Source of the DNA: a virus
Strand: one strand, 5' to 3'
IMG/VR virus record: IMGVR_UViG_3300023174_004481
Coordinates: 8,542-72,541 of that record
DNA: 64,000 nt
The notes beneath the pieces were generated by a model, which was given only the letters and a program-made list of their open reading frames with translations, did not search any database and was not told the origin of the DNA. Of the stretch, positions 62,582-64,000 are shown in pieces. The translations under genes and the position numbers were made by a program. Numbering within the stretch: position 1 is the first letter of the stretch; each line of letters begins with the position of its first letter.

Positions 62582-62653
62582 ATATTTGTTGTTATTAGCT
62601 TACGCTAAATTGCTGCTTTTTTAGGGCAGACTAACAACCAATATTACACAAAA

Positions 62654-62992
62654 TTATCGGCCTTCTGCTAGAATATCTCTTGCAGTTTTACTTAATTTAA
62701 TATTATTTTTTGTTTTTGGTGCTGGTTGATAAAGAGAAACGTGTTTGTTGAATTCTTTTTCTAATCTTTTTACTAGAGTCTCTCTATTGTCTACTGGAAT
62801 AAGACCTACTTTAACTGCGTGAGCTTGAAGATCGCTTTTAGTTAATTCTTTTAAATATTTTTGATACTCTGCAAGCACTAGTGTTCCATATTTAGATTGA
62901 CCAGAATCTCCCCAAATTTGGTCTAGTGTTCTTGGGCTTTCTACTTGTCCGTGAGTTTGTGTTAATGAATCTAATTTACTTTTCTTTGGCAT
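62654..62992 (-). CDS. Small basic protein with a Rho-N/HeH-like module
   Basis: LTKSDLQAHAVKVGL....RETLVKRL; directly after the capsid gene. Confidence 0.6.
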   Translation of the reverse strand: MPKKSKLDSLTQTHGQVESPRTLDQIWGDSGQSKYGTLVLAEYQKYLKELTKSDLQAHAVKVGLIPVDNRETLVKRLEKEFNKHVSLYQPAPKTKNNIKLSKTARDILAEGR

Positions 62993-63009
62993 ATTTTCTC
63001 CTATACTAT

Positions 63010-63038
63010 ATTCTATATATTAAAACTTGAAATGTCTA
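63010..63038 (-). promoter_or_regulatory. sigma70-like promoter
   Basis: TAGACA, 17-bp spacer, TAGAAT on the minus strand; SD AGGAG before ATG 62992. Confidence 0.55.
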
Positions 63039-63040
63039 AT

Positions 63041-63079
63041 AAAAAAAGAAGCCCACAGGGATTATCCTGTGGGCCTCTT
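63041..63079 (-). terminator. Intrinsic terminator after the major capsid gene
   Basis: GCCCACAGG stem followed by UUCUUUUUUU on the minus strand. Confidence 0.9.
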
Positions 63080-63099
63080 AATATTAATCTAAAGATTAA

Positions 63100-63999
63100 T
63101 TAGGTGCGCTTGATGGAGATACCAGCAACTGCACGAGAATCGATACAAACGCGGCCTTCTTCGAGAGAACCGTAGAATCCGATTTTCTCAGAACGGGCAA
63201 CGAATTGATCGTCAGGCATTGCAGTGAAGGTACTGCCAGAATCAGCGTTACGGGCAATTGGACGAACAAATGCATCTTTAGTTAGGTCAAGACCTACGAT
63301 GACATCATCTCCGTCAGCAAAAGTTCCGCTATAGAACTCATTAAAGAGTTTGTTGTACTTTTGGTTTGAGCCAAGTTCAACTAGTTCATGGATACTGATT
63401 CCATAAATCTCTTGAGTTCCACCACCACGATAGATCTCTTCACGAACACCAGCTGGAAGATCGTTGATTGGAGCAACGGTTGTTGCAGATGGTACGCTGC
63501 TATTAGCATAACCACCACCAACTGGATTATAAGCGAATGCACGGATGTCACTCATAGTTTCTGGACTAACGAAGATATCGGTTAGACCATAGGAACTATT
63601 AGTTGTGCCACCAGCATAAGATCTATTTAATCTTTTAACATTCTTTACTAAAGTATTAAGTTTAGAAAGTGTGAAAGATTCTGTACTTCCACCTTGAGCT
63701 ACAGTGTTGCCACTATCAGCCAAAGCTTTTAGTACTACTGCCCAAGCGTTACGTTCTTGTTTGATAAGAACTTCATTGGTCATTCTCTCGATTGCTTTTG
63801 AAGCAACATCAAGACGACCACGACGGGCATAACGTTTTAGGAAAGAAACTGCGCTATCTAGACGATAGGTAGAAACTTTCAATTCAGATAGACCTTCAAC
63901 TGTTGAAGTTGGAAGACCACCTGCTACATTTTGACTCCAAACGGAGACTAGACCTTCACCTTCGCCTTGGAATAGATCAAGAGGGATAGAAGGACTATC
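63100..63999 (-). CDS. Major capsid protein, HK97-like (5'-partial)
   Basis: The frame is open to the window end; P-domain-like IFVSPE, GFYG.LEEGR; strongly biased codons; followed by a terminator. Confidence 0.8.
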   Translation of the reverse strand, partial: DSPSIPLDLFQGEGEGLVSVWSQNVAGGLPTSTVEGLSELKVSTYRLDSAVSFLKRYARRGRLDVASKAIERMTNEVLIKQERNAWAVVLKALADSGNTVAQGGSTESFTLSKLNTLVKNVKRLNRSYAGGTTNSSYGLTDIFVSPETMSDIRAFAYNPVGGGYANSSVPSATTVAPINDLPAGVREEIYRGGGTQEIYGISIHELVELGSNQKYNKLFNEFYSGTFADGDDVIVGLDLTKDAFVRPIARNADSGSTFTAMPDDQFVARSEKIGFYGSLEEGRVCIDSRAVAGISIKRT

Positions 64000-64000
64000 A

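Overview
This window is an AT-rich segment of a large tailed-phage genome (siphovirus-like, with a lambda/T5-type tail tip). It reads in the standard code, and the host cannot be determined from the sequence. Bases 1-9.1 kb (+ strand) form a replication/modification block: a DnaE-type polymerase split into separate PHP, DEDDh exonuclease and catalytic-core genes, an SSB-like protein, two glycosyltransferase genes and a Rad52/Sak-like annealase. Several of these sit behind sigma70-like promoters with little or no leader. Bases 9.1-64 kb (mostly - strand) are the virion module. It runs from the major capsid gene through fibre proteins, a lysis cassette, five tandem paralogues, neck proteins, tail tube, chaperones, a 2541-aa tape measure and Cys/Thr/Pro-rich lectin- and LRR-bearing proteins to the M-L-I-J tail tip. 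Most late transcription units are preceded by a GTGTAA motif (15 exact copies plus 1 variant seen). The most striking signals are: (1) a complete group I ribozyme core in an intergenic gap, interrupting no gene and sitting right behind its own GTGTAA motif; (2) a related three-way-junction RNA motif just after the ribozyme and again in a fibre-gene leader; (3) a Hint domain with a Lys +1 residue at the N-terminus of tail-tip J; (4) two circularly permuted legume-lectin domains; (5) pervasive S/T-G dipeptides and poly-Thr stalks together with phage glycosyltransferases; (6) a cassette-like paralogue array with an orphan remnant. All calls come from reading motifs by eye; no searches were run.
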